Shown here piece after piece: positions 10,794-21,933 of a stretch of 64,000 nt of DNA (position 1 is its first letter; each line of letters begins with the position of its first letter). The stretch is from the NCBI RefSeq assembly GCF_000142905.1, contig NW_013657660.1:458056-522055 (forward strand). Direction: 5' to 3'. Source of the DNA: Thecamonas trahens ATCC 50062. Its lineage: Eukaryota > Protista > Apusomonadida. The position numbers and the translations under genes are program-made. The notes below the pieces were generated by a model. The model had not been told where the DNA came from, did not search any database, and saw nothing but the letters and a program-made list of their open reading frames with translations.

Positions 10794-12794
10794 CTAGAAC
10801 TCGGGTGGAGAGTAAAAGGAGGTGGGGATGTTGGCCAGATCGTCAGAGTCTGAGCGGTTGCGAGCAAGGCTGTGGCTCGAGTACTCTGCCGAGGTTGAGG
10901 GCTCTGCCGAGGGTGGGGACGAGGGGGAGGACAGTGCGCCGGCTTCGTAGGTGGCATCAGCGCCATCAGTGGCGGGCTGGTGAGTGGAATGCGGCAGCAG
11001 CGGCGCTTCGACGTAGTCAAAGCCGTGAGCGTCAGAGGGAGAGGACGAGGAGGCCGAGCCAGATGAGAGGCGATTGAGCGAGGGCGGGACGTAGTCGCCG
11101 GTGGCGTTGCTCGCGCGCTGCTCTGCGAGGAGGACGGCGAGGGCCGGGTCGGACGAAGAAACGCCCTCGGAGATGGCAGTAGGGACAAGCGAGGCCGGGA
11201 CGAGCTCGAGCTCGTGGTTGAACTCGATGAGGTGGCACGGCGCGTTCGGGTTGTACTTGTTCGAGACAAGCGGGAGGATGATGCGCTTGTCGAGGGAGCG
11301 CCAGCACTCGGCAGTGGCGGAGCGGTAGCGAGCGCGGCGCGAGGTGGAGCGGCGGGCGGAGGAGGAGGCGACGGCAACGGAGCGGCGGCCGTCGAGGCCG
11401 CCGAGAACGTTGGCGGCCTCGGCCGCTTGGCGGGAGGATGAGGCGACCAGCGGGGTGTTCCGAGAGGCGCTGTTGTGCTCGGCAACGTCGTGCATCTCGT
11501 AGTCGCCGTCGCGCGGCGAGGAGGCTGGGCGGCCGCCGGCCGCCGAGCCGTTGAGGCCGAGCAGCTTGAGAAGCGGACCCATGGTGCCGCCGGTAAAGAT
11601 AGTGGCGACGACGACACCATGGGTGGTGGCGACCAGGAGCGGGCGGGAGCTGGTGGGCAAAGTGAGGGCGAGCGCGTACGAAACGGCACCGCGGAGGCCA
11701 GCAGCCCACATGACCATCTGCATGGCCGGAGTGATCTTGGTCTTGCGGCCGCAGTTGAGGGCGGCCGAGAGAGGGACAACGTTGGCGGCGCGGCCGATGA
11801 GACAGGCCATAAAGCAGGCGACAATAAAGATGGGTTCGTAGGCGCGCTCAAAGGTAAAGGCAGAGAGGCCGAGGTAGGCAAAGATGACGGTCTCTGCGAG
11901 CTCGGCGAGCGAGCGGAACATGAAGATGCAGCCCTCCTGACCCTTGGATGAGAGGTTGTACCATGCGTAGTGGCGCACGCTTGCGCCAAAGGCAAAGACT
12001 GCGGTGATGCCCGAGAGCTGCGAGGCACCAGCGAGGAGATAGGTGGCAAAGGCTGTCAGCAGCAGGATGGTGGCCTCCATGGTGGGGAAGAGGTACAGCC
12101 GGGCGTGCTTGGTGCCAAAGGCGAGGGCGATGGCGGCGAGAGTGCCAAAGACAACAGAGCCGACAAGGACCACTACAAACTGGACAAAGGCCAAGGTGAG
12201 CGTGCCGGCAGTGACAGGATCGTCGACGTACTGCAGCAGAGCGCCAAAGAGGACAATGGCAACAGCGTCGTTCATGACCGACTCGCCAAAGACGAGCGAG
12301 TCGAGCGTCTTGTCGGCATCAAGGGTGTGGAAGATAGCAAGCGTAGAGACCGGATCGGTAGCCGAGATGAGAGAGCCAAACAAGAGAGCCTCCACGATGG
12401 AGAGCTGCTTGTCAGCGGCGAGACCGAAAGAAGCAGCCCAAGCGAAGAGGCCAACGACAACGGTAGAGATGATGGTGCCGGGAATGGCGAAGGTCATGAT
12501 GGAGCCCAAGTTTGCGAAAAAGGCTTTGGCATGGAGACCAAAGCCCGACTCAAAGATCAAAGGCGGCAAGAGGAGTGTGGTAAACACGCTCGAGTTGAAC
12601 TCGGTCATCGAGGCAGATGCTCTTGGCGCCGTCCACCGCAAGAGAGCGCCTGCGAGCATACCCAGAACAATGACGGCTCCAGAAGGCGGGACAATGGTAA
12701 CAGCCGATGCCTTGAGAAGGTATGACACAATGTATGCAACAAGAACAAGTAGCGTGAGAAGTCCTGTTTGTAGGTCGATGGTCTCCTCTGTCAT
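10794..12794 (-). CDS. CPA1 Na+/H+ exchanger (NHE8/NHX1-like)
   Basis: LLLPPLIFESG, FGSLISATDPV, VFGESVMNDAVAIVL, AGLRGAVSYALA; about 12 TM segments. Start at 12794 (MTEE) or 12872. Confidence 0.93.
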   Translation of the reverse strand: MTEETIDLQTGLLTLLVLVAYIVSYLLKASAVTIVPPSGAVIVLGMLAGALLRWTAPRASASMTEFNSSVFTTLLLPPLIFESGFGLHAKAFFANLGSIMTFAIPGTIISTVVVGLFAWAASFGLAADKQLSIVEALLFGSLISATDPVSTLAIFHTLDADKTLDSLVFGESVMNDAVAIVLFGALLQYVDDPVTAGTLTLAFVQFVVVLVGSVVFGTLAAIALAFGTKHARLYLFPTMEATILLLTAFATYLLAGASQLSGITAVFAFGASVRHYAWYNLSSKGQEGCIFMFRSLAELAETVIFAYLGLSAFTFERAYEPIFIVACFMACLIGRAANVVPLSAALNCGRKTKITPAMQMVMWAAGLRGAVSYALALTLPTSSRPLLVATTHGVVVATIFTGGTMGPLLKLLGLNGSAAGGRPASSPRDGDYEMHDVAEHNSASRNTPLVASSSRQAAEAANVLGGLDGRRSVAVASSSARRSTSRRARYRSATAECWRSLDKRIILPLVSNKYNPNAPCHLIEFNHELELVPASLVPTAISEGVSSSDPALAVLLAEQRASNATGDYVPPSLNRLSSGSASSSSPSDAHGFDYVEAPLLPHSTHQPATDGADATYEAGALSSPSSPPSAEPSTSAEYSSHSLARNRSDSDDLANIPTSFYSPPEF

Positions 12795-13413
12795 GGCGGT
12801 GGCCAGGTAGGTGGGTGTCACCGTGGTGGAGTCAGGTGGTGGCGTTCTCCATCGAGCATCATCGCCCACCATCCATTGCCAACTCGCTCCATAGACGCCA
12901 CATCCTCCTCACCTTGATGTTGATCGATGTGTAGACGGCGATAGAAGGATGGAAGGATGGACTGGTCGCTCGACGGGGGACGATGAGGGCACGAGGTGAC
13001 GGCGTGTGTAGAGTGTGAGACGTGTGCGGCGGAGTTTTATTTGATCTCTGGATTGAAACTGGAGATGATGAAGACGCCAGCTTGAACAGTGGCAAAGGTT
13101 AAGTTTATGCATGCTCATGGAGATGATGTCTTGGCTAATGGCTAGTGTAGATCATGTGCACACGTTGTGGTTGTTTTCGGGAGAATCGGAGAGTGTGGAA
13201 GAGTGTGGGGCTGTGTGAAGCTGCATGATGGTCCGTACAGCTGGCTGGTGCGCCGCGCAGGCGTGCGAGATCTGCAGCTGCACCTCATGCTCGCTGCATC
13301 GGGCCCGCTGCAATGTCTCCACCACCATCTAGCCTGGATCCAGTCGTGAGCGGCTGCGTGCTGATGGGGTTTAGTGGCTGTCGGCCGTTCTACATGGACG
13401 GGCCAGGCCGCAG

Positions 13414-13854
13414 CTACGGGTAGGCAATGTTCTCGCCAAAGCCGGTGACCTCGGTGAAGAGGAAGCCATGGGGCGCGGTAGCGTTTGCAATCATCGAGTA
13501 GGTGTTGTAGCCGGTGGCGATGAGCTCCTTGCCGGCGGGGCTAATGGAGACAAGGTACTTTGCCAGAGCGCGAGTCTCGCCGTTGTAGATGAACTCGGAC
13601 TGGTACGAGTACGCGCCGAGCTTTGCAAACGAGGTGTACTGAGAGCAAAAGGTAGCGATGGTGGCCGGGCCAGTAAAGGCATTGCCCTGCGGACCGTAGA
13701 TCACTCCATCATCCGTCCACAACGAGCCAAACTGCTCGCACTCGCCCGAGAGCAGCAGCTCCTTGTACTCTATCATGAGCGAGTCCGTAGTTGCCGAGGC
13801 GGCAGCGAAAAGGGCAGCAAGAGCGAGAGCAACGATAACGAAGCGCATCACCAT
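13414..13854 (-). CDS. Small secreted protein, probable NTF2/SnoaL-like fold
   Basis: Signal peptide MRFVIVALALAALFAAASA, then LWTDDGVIYGPQGNAFTGPATIATF, similar to the SnoaL/DUF4440 pattern. Confidence 0.6.
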   Translation of the reverse strand: MVMRFVIVALALAALFAAASATTDSLMIEYKELLLSGECEQFGSLWTDDGVIYGPQGNAFTGPATIATFCSQYTSFAKLGAYSYQSEFIYNGETRALAKYLVSISPAGKELIATGYNTYSMIANATAPHGFLFTEVTGFGENIAYP

Positions 13855-14243
13855 CTATATTTGGTAAGCAAGAGTGGTGTATGTGTGCTTGTGTTTGTGC
13901 GTGCGTGTGTGTGTGTGTGGTTGACACGTGTGCGTGCGTGCTTGTGTGTGTGTGTGTGTGCGCGTGGTGTCTGCTGTTTTGCCGTCATCTCGTGTGCGGA
14001 GCATGGTGCGGACCTTGAAGCGGGCTAAGATGCGGAGAGGAATGCGATATCCAATCCCATGCCCCCCTTTCCAGCGAGATGTGATTAGGGTGACGCCGGC
14101 TGATGTGGTGACCCATCATCCCCCGACCCATCCCCCCAGCGTACGCCGCAATTACGCCCTTTGCAGCTTGGGCTCCACAATATGGGCCTAACTTTGGGCG
14201 GGAACACCATTAGGGGCCGCGCCAAAGTACACGAAAATCAAAG

Positions 14244-14677
14244 NNNNNNNNNNNNNNNNNNNNNNNNNNNNNNNNNNNNNNNNNNNNNNNNNNNNNNNNN
14301 NNNNNNNNNNNNNNNNNNNNNNNNNNNNNNNNNNNNNNNNNNNNNNNNNNNNNNNNNNNNNNNNNNNNNNNNNNNNNNNNNNNNNNNNNNNNNNNNNNNN
14401 NNNNNNNNNNNNNNNNNNNNNNNNNNNNNNNNNNNNNNNNNNNNNNNNNNNNNNNNNNNNNNNNNNNNNNNNNNNNNNNNNNNNNNNNNNNNNNNNNNNN
14501 NNNNNNNNNNNNNNNNNNNNNNNNNNNNNNNNNNNNNNNNNNNNNNNNNNNNNNNNNNNNNNNNNNNNNNNNNNNNNNNNNNNNNNNNNNNNNNNNNNNN
14601 NNNNNNNNNNNNNNNNNNNNNNNNNNNNNNNNNNNNNNNNNNNNNNNNNNNNNNNNNNNNNNNNNNNNNNNNNNNNN
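14244..14677. other. Assembly gap
   Basis: Run of N. Confidence 1.
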
Positions 14678-14731
14678 TCACCACCACCACCACACACCAC
14701 ACCCACCCCCACCCCCCCCCTACCCAATACA

Positions 14732-16502
14732 ATGCCCCGTAGTGGGTACACCCTCCCAAAGCTATCCGAGGATGACAACCCGTTCCGCATTCCCGACGCC
14801 GAGACCATCTTTCGCATGCGTGACGAGGAGAAGCGAGTGGCGGCCGAACGGAGAGCTCAACTGAGAACGCTCTCCATTTATGAAAAGTCCACCGCTTCTT
14901 CTCGTCGCGCACAGGCACTGGTTCATGTCCGTGGTTCAGACTCTTCATCAGATGATGATGATGCTGCTGCTGCTACTGCTGATAATGATGTTGATGATCG
15001 TTATCGTCATCTTGGTTCTGCTCCTGCTCCTGGCGCTGGTCCGGGTCGTGGCGGAAGATCAAAGACGGGCAAGATGACCGCCCGGGAGATGCGTGCTGCT
15101 AAGGAGAGGCAAAAGGCCAAGGACGAGTTGCTAGCAAAGGCTGGCGCTGCCATTCGGAGGCATCATGCCGGCGAGAAGCAGAACTTGCAGGCCTTTATCC
15201 GCAACAAGCGCAAGATGTTCGAGATCAAGTACAAGATCGGTGTCAAGCTCGACGCCGTGCAGAAGCTCATGGACGAGGAGCATCGGCGAATGGCGGCAGT
15301 GAACAAGCAGAAGGACTTGCTTGGCGCGGAAGAGGACAAGTTCCAAGAGTACAAGGACGAGATCAACGAGAAGCTGCAGGAGGCGGCACAGCGGGCCGAG
15401 CACGAGGAGGAGCTCAAGAAGCAGCAAAAGGCCATCAAAGACGGTCTGACGGAAGAAATCACTCGGCTCTCGCGCAAGATCGATGAACGCGACCGCCTGC
15501 TGCACACGTACGAAAAGTACAAGTCCTTCCTCGACGAGCTCGACCGGTCAGCCGCCGAAAAGGCCGCCGCCCAGGCCCGCGTCCTCGGCCACGACGTCGA
15601 CGCCGACCGCGCCGCTGACGGCGACGACGCGGCGCCCACCGCCGACAAGGCCCGCATGCTCGGCTCGTCAGAAGCGCTCCTCGACATTTTCCGCAACCTC
15701 GAAGAGTCCAACCTCTTCCTCATCCAAAACTCTCAGGAGCTACAGGAGCAGCTCACCTCGCTCAACGAACAGCATGCCACCGTCAAGCGCGNNNNNNNNN
15801 NNNNNNNNNNNNNNNNNNNNNNNNNNNNNNNNNNNNNNNNNNNNNNNNNNNNNNNNNNNNNNNNNNNNNNNNNNNNNNNNNNNNNNNNNNNNNNNNNNNN
15901 NNNNNNNNNNNNNNNNNNNNNNNNNNNNNNNNNNNNNNNNNNNNNNNNNNNNNNNNNNNNNNNNNNNNNNNNNNNNNNNNNNNNNNNNNNNNNNNNNNNN
16001 NNNNNNNNNNNNNNNNNNNNNNNNNNNNNNNNNNCGGGCAGGCTGGGGCCAGCAAGCCAAGAACATCGACGTCCTCGAGGGCCTACCCACCGAGGAGCGT
16101 ATCGAGCTCATCCGCCGCAAGGTCAACGACGTTTACCGCAAGACAAAGGTCGGAACCTCGGAGATTCTCGACGTCATCCCCATGCTCACTAACATCGAGC
16201 GCCGCCTGCAGGAGCTCTTTCGCCACGTCGCCGCCCTCGACGAGTCAGAGGTCGAGGCCGAGGAGAAGGCCCGTGCCAAGCGTGAGAAGGAGATGAACCG
16301 CCGCAAGACAAAGCAGGAGCAGGCCGCCATCCTCGCCCAGCGCAAGCTCGACCAGGATCGCCGCGCCCGCCTCCCGCTCAAGCGCAAGGTCGGTAAGCCG
16401 CTCATGCGCCGCTCCAACCCGCACACCAAGAAGCAGACAAAGGTCGACTCGGACGCCGAGAAGCAGCAAGACGCCGAGATGTACCGCTACTTTTTCCTCT
16501 GA
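14732..16502 (+). CDS. CFAP100: Cilia/flagella-associated coiled-coil protein CFAP100 (CCDC37/38 family, DUF4200), interrupted by a gap
   Basis: NPFRIP...IFRMRDEE, LSIYEK, FIRNKRKMF, LLDIFRNLEESNLFLIQNSQE; C-terminal KRKVGKPLMRRS and YFF. Confidence 0.8.
15792..16034. other. Assembly gap within CFAP100
   Basis: Run of N. Confidence 1.
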
Positions 16503-16544
16503 GCTACAGTAAACGCCGTTCGCTGTCGCCACCCGCCACTGCCC

Positions 16545-17774
16545 TCACATCCGGCTCCCACTCGCGCACAGCCGACACCGCACCCGATGCTCACAGAGCC
16601 ACGCCCCGAGCACAGCCAGGAAGACATCCACCTCGGCTGCGGTGTTGTACACGTACGGCGCCACCCGGAGCCCACCCGATCGCGCAGAGACCACGATGCC
16701 GGCGGCCTTGAGCGCAGCCGCCGCAGCCTCGGCGCAGCCTTGGGCCCCAAGCCCCAAGCCGACCACATGCGGCGCGTGGCAACGGGGGACACGCAGCCCG
16801 AGTGCCCGCCCACCGCTCGCCACTCGGTCGGTGAGAGCCGAGACCGCGCCGGCAATCGCCGCCGGCCCGCCCCACTCGTTGATCAGCTCCAGCCCACAGA
16901 GCGCCACAGGAAGCACCACCGGGTTCGGCCGCCCGCCGCCATCGAGTCCACTTCCAGTAGCCTTGACCGCGAGCGGGTAGCCAAAGCCGGGCTCGTACGG
17001 GAGGCAGCCGTCGGAGCTCCCGCCGGCACGTGCTCGCTCGTGGACGTCAAGTGGCGAGAGCAGCGCCCGCGCCCGAAGAGACACCGCCACCAGCGCCGCT
17101 CCGTACACACCACAAAGCCACTTGTGAACTGAGGCCACCGCTACGTCCACGCCCAGCTTGTTCACGTCGAGCGGGATGACGCCAAGTCCCTGGGTGGCGT
17201 CAACAACGAGCAAGGTCGACGGCGAGAGCGCGTCCCGCGCCGCCGCGATCTTGTTCAGCTCGATCAGCGTCCCGTCGGTCCATCGCAGCGGCGGCAGATT
17301 GATGACACTCACTGTGTTGCCTCCATGCTCCGCATTTGCTTTCAGCTCGACCTCGACTTGAGCCGTTATCGCCTCGCTCGTCCCGTCCACAAACACAAGC
17401 TTGGCCCCGACCGCCTGCCACGGGAGCACCGCCGACGAGTTCTGATCCGCCACGCACACGACTCGCAGCTCACCACCGGCCTCCTGAGCAACCTGGGCGA
17501 GGGATCGCGAAACAAGCGTCATACAATACGAGGTGGATGGCATAATGGCCACTTGATCGCCGCCGCTCTCGCTGCCGACCAGTGTGGCAAACGCCTCCCG
17601 CAGCGCATCAGGCCGCTTGTCGCCGTCGAGCTGCCATGGTAAGCACTTGGATTCCAGCGCAGCCTTGCCTACTGCAGCACATCGCTTCGGTAGCGGTGTC
17701 CGCGACGCGGCTGACAAGTAGATCGTGCCCCCCATGTCCTCAAACGCGTCGTGCCACGGCGGCTCGCTTGCCAT
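16545..17774 (-). CDS. Class-V PLP-dependent enzyme (C-S lyase/kynureninase/isopenicillin-epimerase-like)
   Basis: YLSAASRTP, VVDATQGLG, ASVHKWLCG (PLP lysine), LRVAPYVYNTAAEVD. Confidence 0.85.
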   Translation of the reverse strand: MASEPPWHDAFEDMGGTIYLSAASRTPLPKRCAAVGKAALESKCLPWQLDGDKRPDALREAFATLVGSESGGDQVAIMPSTSYCMTLVSRSLAQVAQEAGGELRVVCVADQNSSAVLPWQAVGAKLVFVDGTSEAITAQVEVELKANAEHGGNTVSVINLPPLRWTDGTLIELNKIAAARDALSPSTLLVVDATQGLGVIPLDVNKLGVDVAVASVHKWLCGVYGAALVAVSLRARALLSPLDVHERARAGGSSDGCLPYEPGFGYPLAVKATGSGLDGGGRPNPVVLPVALCGLELINEWGGPAAIAGAVSALTDRVASGGRALGLRVPRCHAPHVVGLGLGAQGCAEAAAAALKAAGIVVSARSGGLRVAPYVYNTAAEVDVFLAVLGAWLCEHRVRCRLCASGSRM

Positions 17775-18841
17775 CTGAAAAAAACCCACCCCAAGTCAAG
17801 TGTGCTGCTCGCCCGTGGCAGCAGCCGTAGCCAACTTCAGCCGTCACTCCACGCTCACACACTGCATCGCACGCGCACAAGCTTACTGTCCAGTACACAG
17901 CATATCGGCCACGGAACAATTGCGGCTGCATCGCTTTGTGGCGCGAGGTCCGTCAGACAACGACTGAAACCGAAACGTACTCCTTACTAGACAACTCTCT
18001 TGCCGCCTGCGTAGCTGTCAACGCCACCGCAGCAGTCCATCCAACACTCCATCTCCTTGGATGACCTTTGCCGACACTCTATATGCCTATGAGTGGGTCG
18101 CTTGCCCTCTTGCCTGCAGCTCAAGTGCTCGGGAGCAGGCAGTGAAGTACATCAAGAGAAAAATTGTGCCCCTTGAAAGTGGGGTATGGTTTCACGCCGG
18201 GCCCCGCGTGCGTCGGCACGTGGCAACTCCCGCACCAGCGGTCGACACACTCGCCAGCTCAGCACCCTCCGCAACCTTCGACCCGAAGCAGCCCGACCAT
18301 GCGAGCCGAGGTAGTAACCAACGCATAAAAGGCACCCCCAACATGCCATACATGCAAATACCTACTTAGGCTGCTTTGCCTGTGGGGAACTGCCTTTATT
18401 CTCTCCACAGCCTCCAACTCCACGCGGTGGTGCAAGACGACGAGGTGAGGAGAAGGAAAACTCAAGTTGGCGCCTCCTTCATCAGTCAAACAAACCATCA
18501 ATTGATGGTTGCGCACCACAAACCTTCGACGTCAACAACGACGGCAGCGTCGAGCGTCGACCGCATCACCTCGAGCTTGTTCAAGAGACAGACACAGCCA
18601 CAGCCAAGAGTGTCCACCTTCCACACTTGACCCTCTACACTCTCCATCCACCCACCCACCCACCCATACCAACCCAACAGTCCTACAGCACCTCTTCATA
18701 CCCCCCTCCTCTTCCCCCTCCGCCCTTTCAGCCGCTTCTCCCCGCCCTCTCTCTCCGGTCCCCGGTCCGGCTCCACCACCACCCAAATCCCTTCAACTTC
18801 AATCATATCCACAACGACAACGACACAAGGTCGCCTTCCAT

Positions 18842-21586
18842 ATGTCTACGCATACGCTTCCTGATGAGCTTATGCGAGGATCGTTGAAGCAATGGGCAAC
18901 ACGGATATGGACAAGGAACCGGTTGCCATCATGTACCTTTGGTGATCAACTCAAGGCCATGAAGATGCGAAAGGTTGATCGTCGGTCTTTGTGGAATGCG
19001 CTCGTCTTTACACATGGTGAATCACAAGCTGCTCTTCGTGCTCTTGGTTGCGGCGACTCGTCGGTCTTGTCCAGTTTGAGCGAGTCGCACATGTCACCTC
19101 TGGTCGAGAGCGTTGCCAGATCCATGCCCGAGTCATCCACTTCGCCGGTGGCATCGTCGGCTGGTCCTGCATCTGGTGTGCGACCCAAGTGGAGTAGCAA
19201 GCACTCGGCTTCGGCGTCTGCGCCTGCGCTGCTCTCACTCTCGGTCTCGGCGATGAAGCGGGCACAGCCTGCTGCGCTGCAAGTCTACCAGTCGGCGGTC
19301 ATTGTCAAGGCGCCAACGGGATCGGGAAGCTCACCCAAGACGGCCCAGCTACCACGGCTAGCGCCGCGATCGCCAGTCACCGCACTCTCGCTCTCGCCCA
19401 AGCGCCCGCGGTTCGAGCTCTCGCCGTCGGTCTCGGCCGAAGTCTCACCGGCAGGCACGCCCAGAGCCAAAGCGTCACGGGGCGGGAGCTCGCCAACAAG
19501 TTCCAGCCCGCCGACAAGCAGGCGCGCGTCGTCAAGGCGCAAGTCGCGCCGCGCGGCGGCAGCGACGCCGGCGAGCAAGCCCAAGCCGGTGGCAGCAGTC
19601 AAGAGCTCGTCGCGCGCAAGCGCCCGCAAGGCGCGCCAGTCGATCTCCAAGCTCGCGAAAAGCTCGAGTTCGAGCTCGAGCTCGAGCTTGGGCGGCGGCT
19701 CATGCTCCGACTCGGACTTTGGTCCCGATTTGTCCGGTGACGCGTCGTCGAGCTCGTACGATTCGGGAACCATGGATAATGGGTACATTGGGCCCGGGCG
19801 TGGACGTGGGCGCAGGCGTGTGCATGGGCATGGAAGCGGGCGCGGACGCGGGCGCGGGCGCGGGCGTGAACGTGGGCGGACGAGGTCGCAGACGAGCGAG
19901 CGGTCGGTCGGCTCGTTGCGGCGCGGGCGTTCGGCCGATGAGAGCGTCACGGCGTCGGCGGCTGGCGCAAAACGCAAGGTGCGGCAGAAAGGAGGAAAGG
20001 CGGGGCCACGGGTCAAGGGTGACGTGCCGGGCGCTGTGCCCGCAGCCGCCAATCTACTGAAGTGGCGGACCAAGCCGTACGTCGGGCGAGGCAAGGTGCG
20101 GACAACAGCCAAGGAGCGGAAGCTTGTGGCTGCGGCCGAGGCCTTTGCGGCCAATGCGCGCAAGTCGGCGCCGCCAGTCAAGACCTTTGAGCCGTTTGTC
20201 CACGGCTCGCTGGTCCAGGCCAACAAGCGATACGGCATGCTCTTTGCACAGATTCTCGGCTCGCTCCTCGACCGCGACCTGCGCAACTCGTTCATCGCGT
20301 CTGTGATGGAGCATCTGGCCGACGCCATGGGCCTCTCGTTCCACATTCCGGCATCCGAGTTTTGGGGACTGGAGAAGCAGGCAGTGACGCGGATGCTGCG
20401 CGCCATGGGCCTCGATGCGCAGTACGGAGTCATGGTGACCATGGACCGGTTACTGAAGGCCGTCCAGGCCGCGGCGCCCAAGGTGTGGGGCGTAATGGGT
20501 ATGAAGAAGATCCATTTGCAGACGTACATCGGGCTCTGCTACTCTTCGCTCCCGCCAGAGCCGTCGCGGATGTGGCCCGAATACTACGCAACCCGCGAGG
20601 CGTGGGTCGCGTCGGGCTTTGAAGTCGCCAACCTGCTGTGGATTGTGAGGCAAGGCCGCAAGAAGCTCCACCGTGCGCCGTCGTACGCGCTCGTCCGCGA
20701 GTACCGGAGCTGGGACGATCCGCTCATCATGATCCTTGATCTCGAGACTCGGTGCCTTGTCCGGCAGTACGGACCCATCCCACTGCCGGAGCATGCGCCC
20801 GAGATCATCGACGTCAACGCCTCGCTCCTCTCGCCGCTGGCGGCAACGCGGATCTACTGCCGCACTCTCCGGGCGGCGCTCATTCCCCGCAGCGACATCG
20901 AGTTTGCGCACCAGTACTATCTCGTCGCCGCGGAGCTCATCCAGAAGCTCTCTGGCGCACCGGCCGACGGACCCGCTGCCGCCATGGCAGCGGCGCTCAT
21001 CTCGAGCTGGGCTGCAAGCGACCATGGCTCGGGTGCCGCTGCTGGCGCCGCGCTCATTGTCCAGATGCTCAACATCTTTGGCTGCGGCTACGACTCGGGC
21101 TACTGTAGCTCTGTTTCCGCCCTACACGCTGCGCTCGTCGACATCTCGCCGACTGTCATGTCGGGCTTCACACTCGATCATCTCCAGACCTGGATCCTGA
21201 TCTGTTTTACTGTCCAGCCGTCGCGCGAGGCATGGGAGCGGTTCTGCGTCGTCCGCGACGCGTGGGGGCAGGGCGACCGCGACTCGATTGACCTCATTGT
21301 CTTCTTTGACATCACCCGGCGCAAGATCCGGTACGACCCGCAAAAGGGCATCCCGGAGCCGCTGGCCTGGGACGACCCCCTCATCCCGCTCATCACCCGC
21401 ACTCCCGACGGCCGGCTTGTCCTCGACCGGGACGCCCCGCCTGCAGCATCAACCTCGCGCGCCCGTAAGGTCCGGCGAACGCTCGCCTCACGAGTCCGTG
21501 TCCCAGCCAGCGAGCGCGCTGATTGGCGACGTGCCAGCTCCCCGCTGCCAAAGTCATCGGCCACTCGCAAGCGCAAGCGGACATAG
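18842..21586 (+). CDS. Hypothetical protein: Ser/Arg-rich disordered middle plus two copies of an unrecognised globular domain
   Basis: Long ORF with host-like codon usage; HLQT(Y/W)I, R(E/D)AW and WDDPLI each occur twice; C-terminal RKRKR NLS-like. 5' end uncertain (frame open from 18509). Confidence 0.75.
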   Translation: MSTHTLPDELMRGSLKQWATRIWTRNRLPSCTFGDQLKAMKMRKVDRRSLWNALVFTHGESQAALRALGCGDSSVLSSLSESHMSPLVESVARSMPESSTSPVASSAGPASGVRPKWSSKHSASASAPALLSLSVSAMKRAQPAALQVYQSAVIVKAPTGSGSSPKTAQLPRLAPRSPVTALSLSPKRPRFELSPSVSAEVSPAGTPRAKASRGGSSPTSSSPPTSRRASSRRKSRRAAAATPASKPKPVAAVKSSSRASARKARQSISKLAKSSSSSSSSSLGGGSCSDSDFGPDLSGDASSSSYDSGTMDNGYIGPGRGRGRRRVHGHGSGRGRGRGRGRERGRTRSQTSERSVGSLRRGRSADESVTASAAGAKRKVRQKGGKAGPRVKGDVPGAVPAAANLLKWRTKPYVGRGKVRTTAKERKLVAAAEAFAANARKSAPPVKTFEPFVHGSLVQANKRYGMLFAQILGSLLDRDLRNSFIASVMEHLADAMGLSFHIPASEFWGLEKQAVTRMLRAMGLDAQYGVMVTMDRLLKAVQAAAPKVWGVMGMKKIHLQTYIGLCYSSLPPEPSRMWPEYYATREAWVASGFEVANLLWIVRQGRKKLHRAPSYALVREYRSWDDPLIMILDLETRCLVRQYGPIPLPEHAPEIIDVNASLLSPLAATRIYCRTLRAALIPRSDIEFAHQYYLVAAELIQKLSGAPADGPAAAMAAALISSWAASDHGSGAAAGAALIVQMLNIFGCGYDSGYCSSVSALHAALVDISPTVMSGFTLDHLQTWILICFTVQPSREAWERFCVVRDAWGQGDRDSIDLIVFFDITRRKIRYDPQKGIPEPLAWDDPLIPLITRTPDGRLVLDRDAPPAASTSRARKVRRTLASRVRVPASERADWRRASSPLPKSSATRKRKRT

Positions 21587-21674
21587 TACCGATGCGTTTG
21601 CCCACACGCAAGCGCAAGCGGACATTGTGCGGGATGCGTCTGCCCGACTGGAGAGACGTAAAGCGACATAGAGG

Positions 21675-21679
<5 letters not shown>

Positions 21680-21738
<59 letters not shown>
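21680..21738. repeat. (GA)n microsatellite
   Basis: About 29 GA units. Confidence 0.95.
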
Positions 21739-21740
<2 letters not shown>

Positions 21741-21933
21741 GCAGCTGTTGTTGAGGCGAGCAAGTGACGAGTGAGTCGTGTCGGGAGCAGACGGCACACA
21801 CACACACGCACACTCGACTCAAGTCGCACCACGCACACGGGCAGCCCACACATCCCACGGAGCGGTTTTGTGTGCAGTTGTGTGTGACAAAACACGGGAT
21901 AGTCTTGTTGGTACACCGTCAAATACCACCACC

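Noticed and set aside
14161-14948. ORFs spanning N gaps (also 26676-27681 and 60147-61501)
   Set aside because: Artefacts of translating through Ns
17940-18840. Short ORF 18061-18369 and possible splice sites as extra exons or a separate gene
   Set aside because: Plausible GT/AG sites exist, but there is no recognisable product and no unique in-frame model
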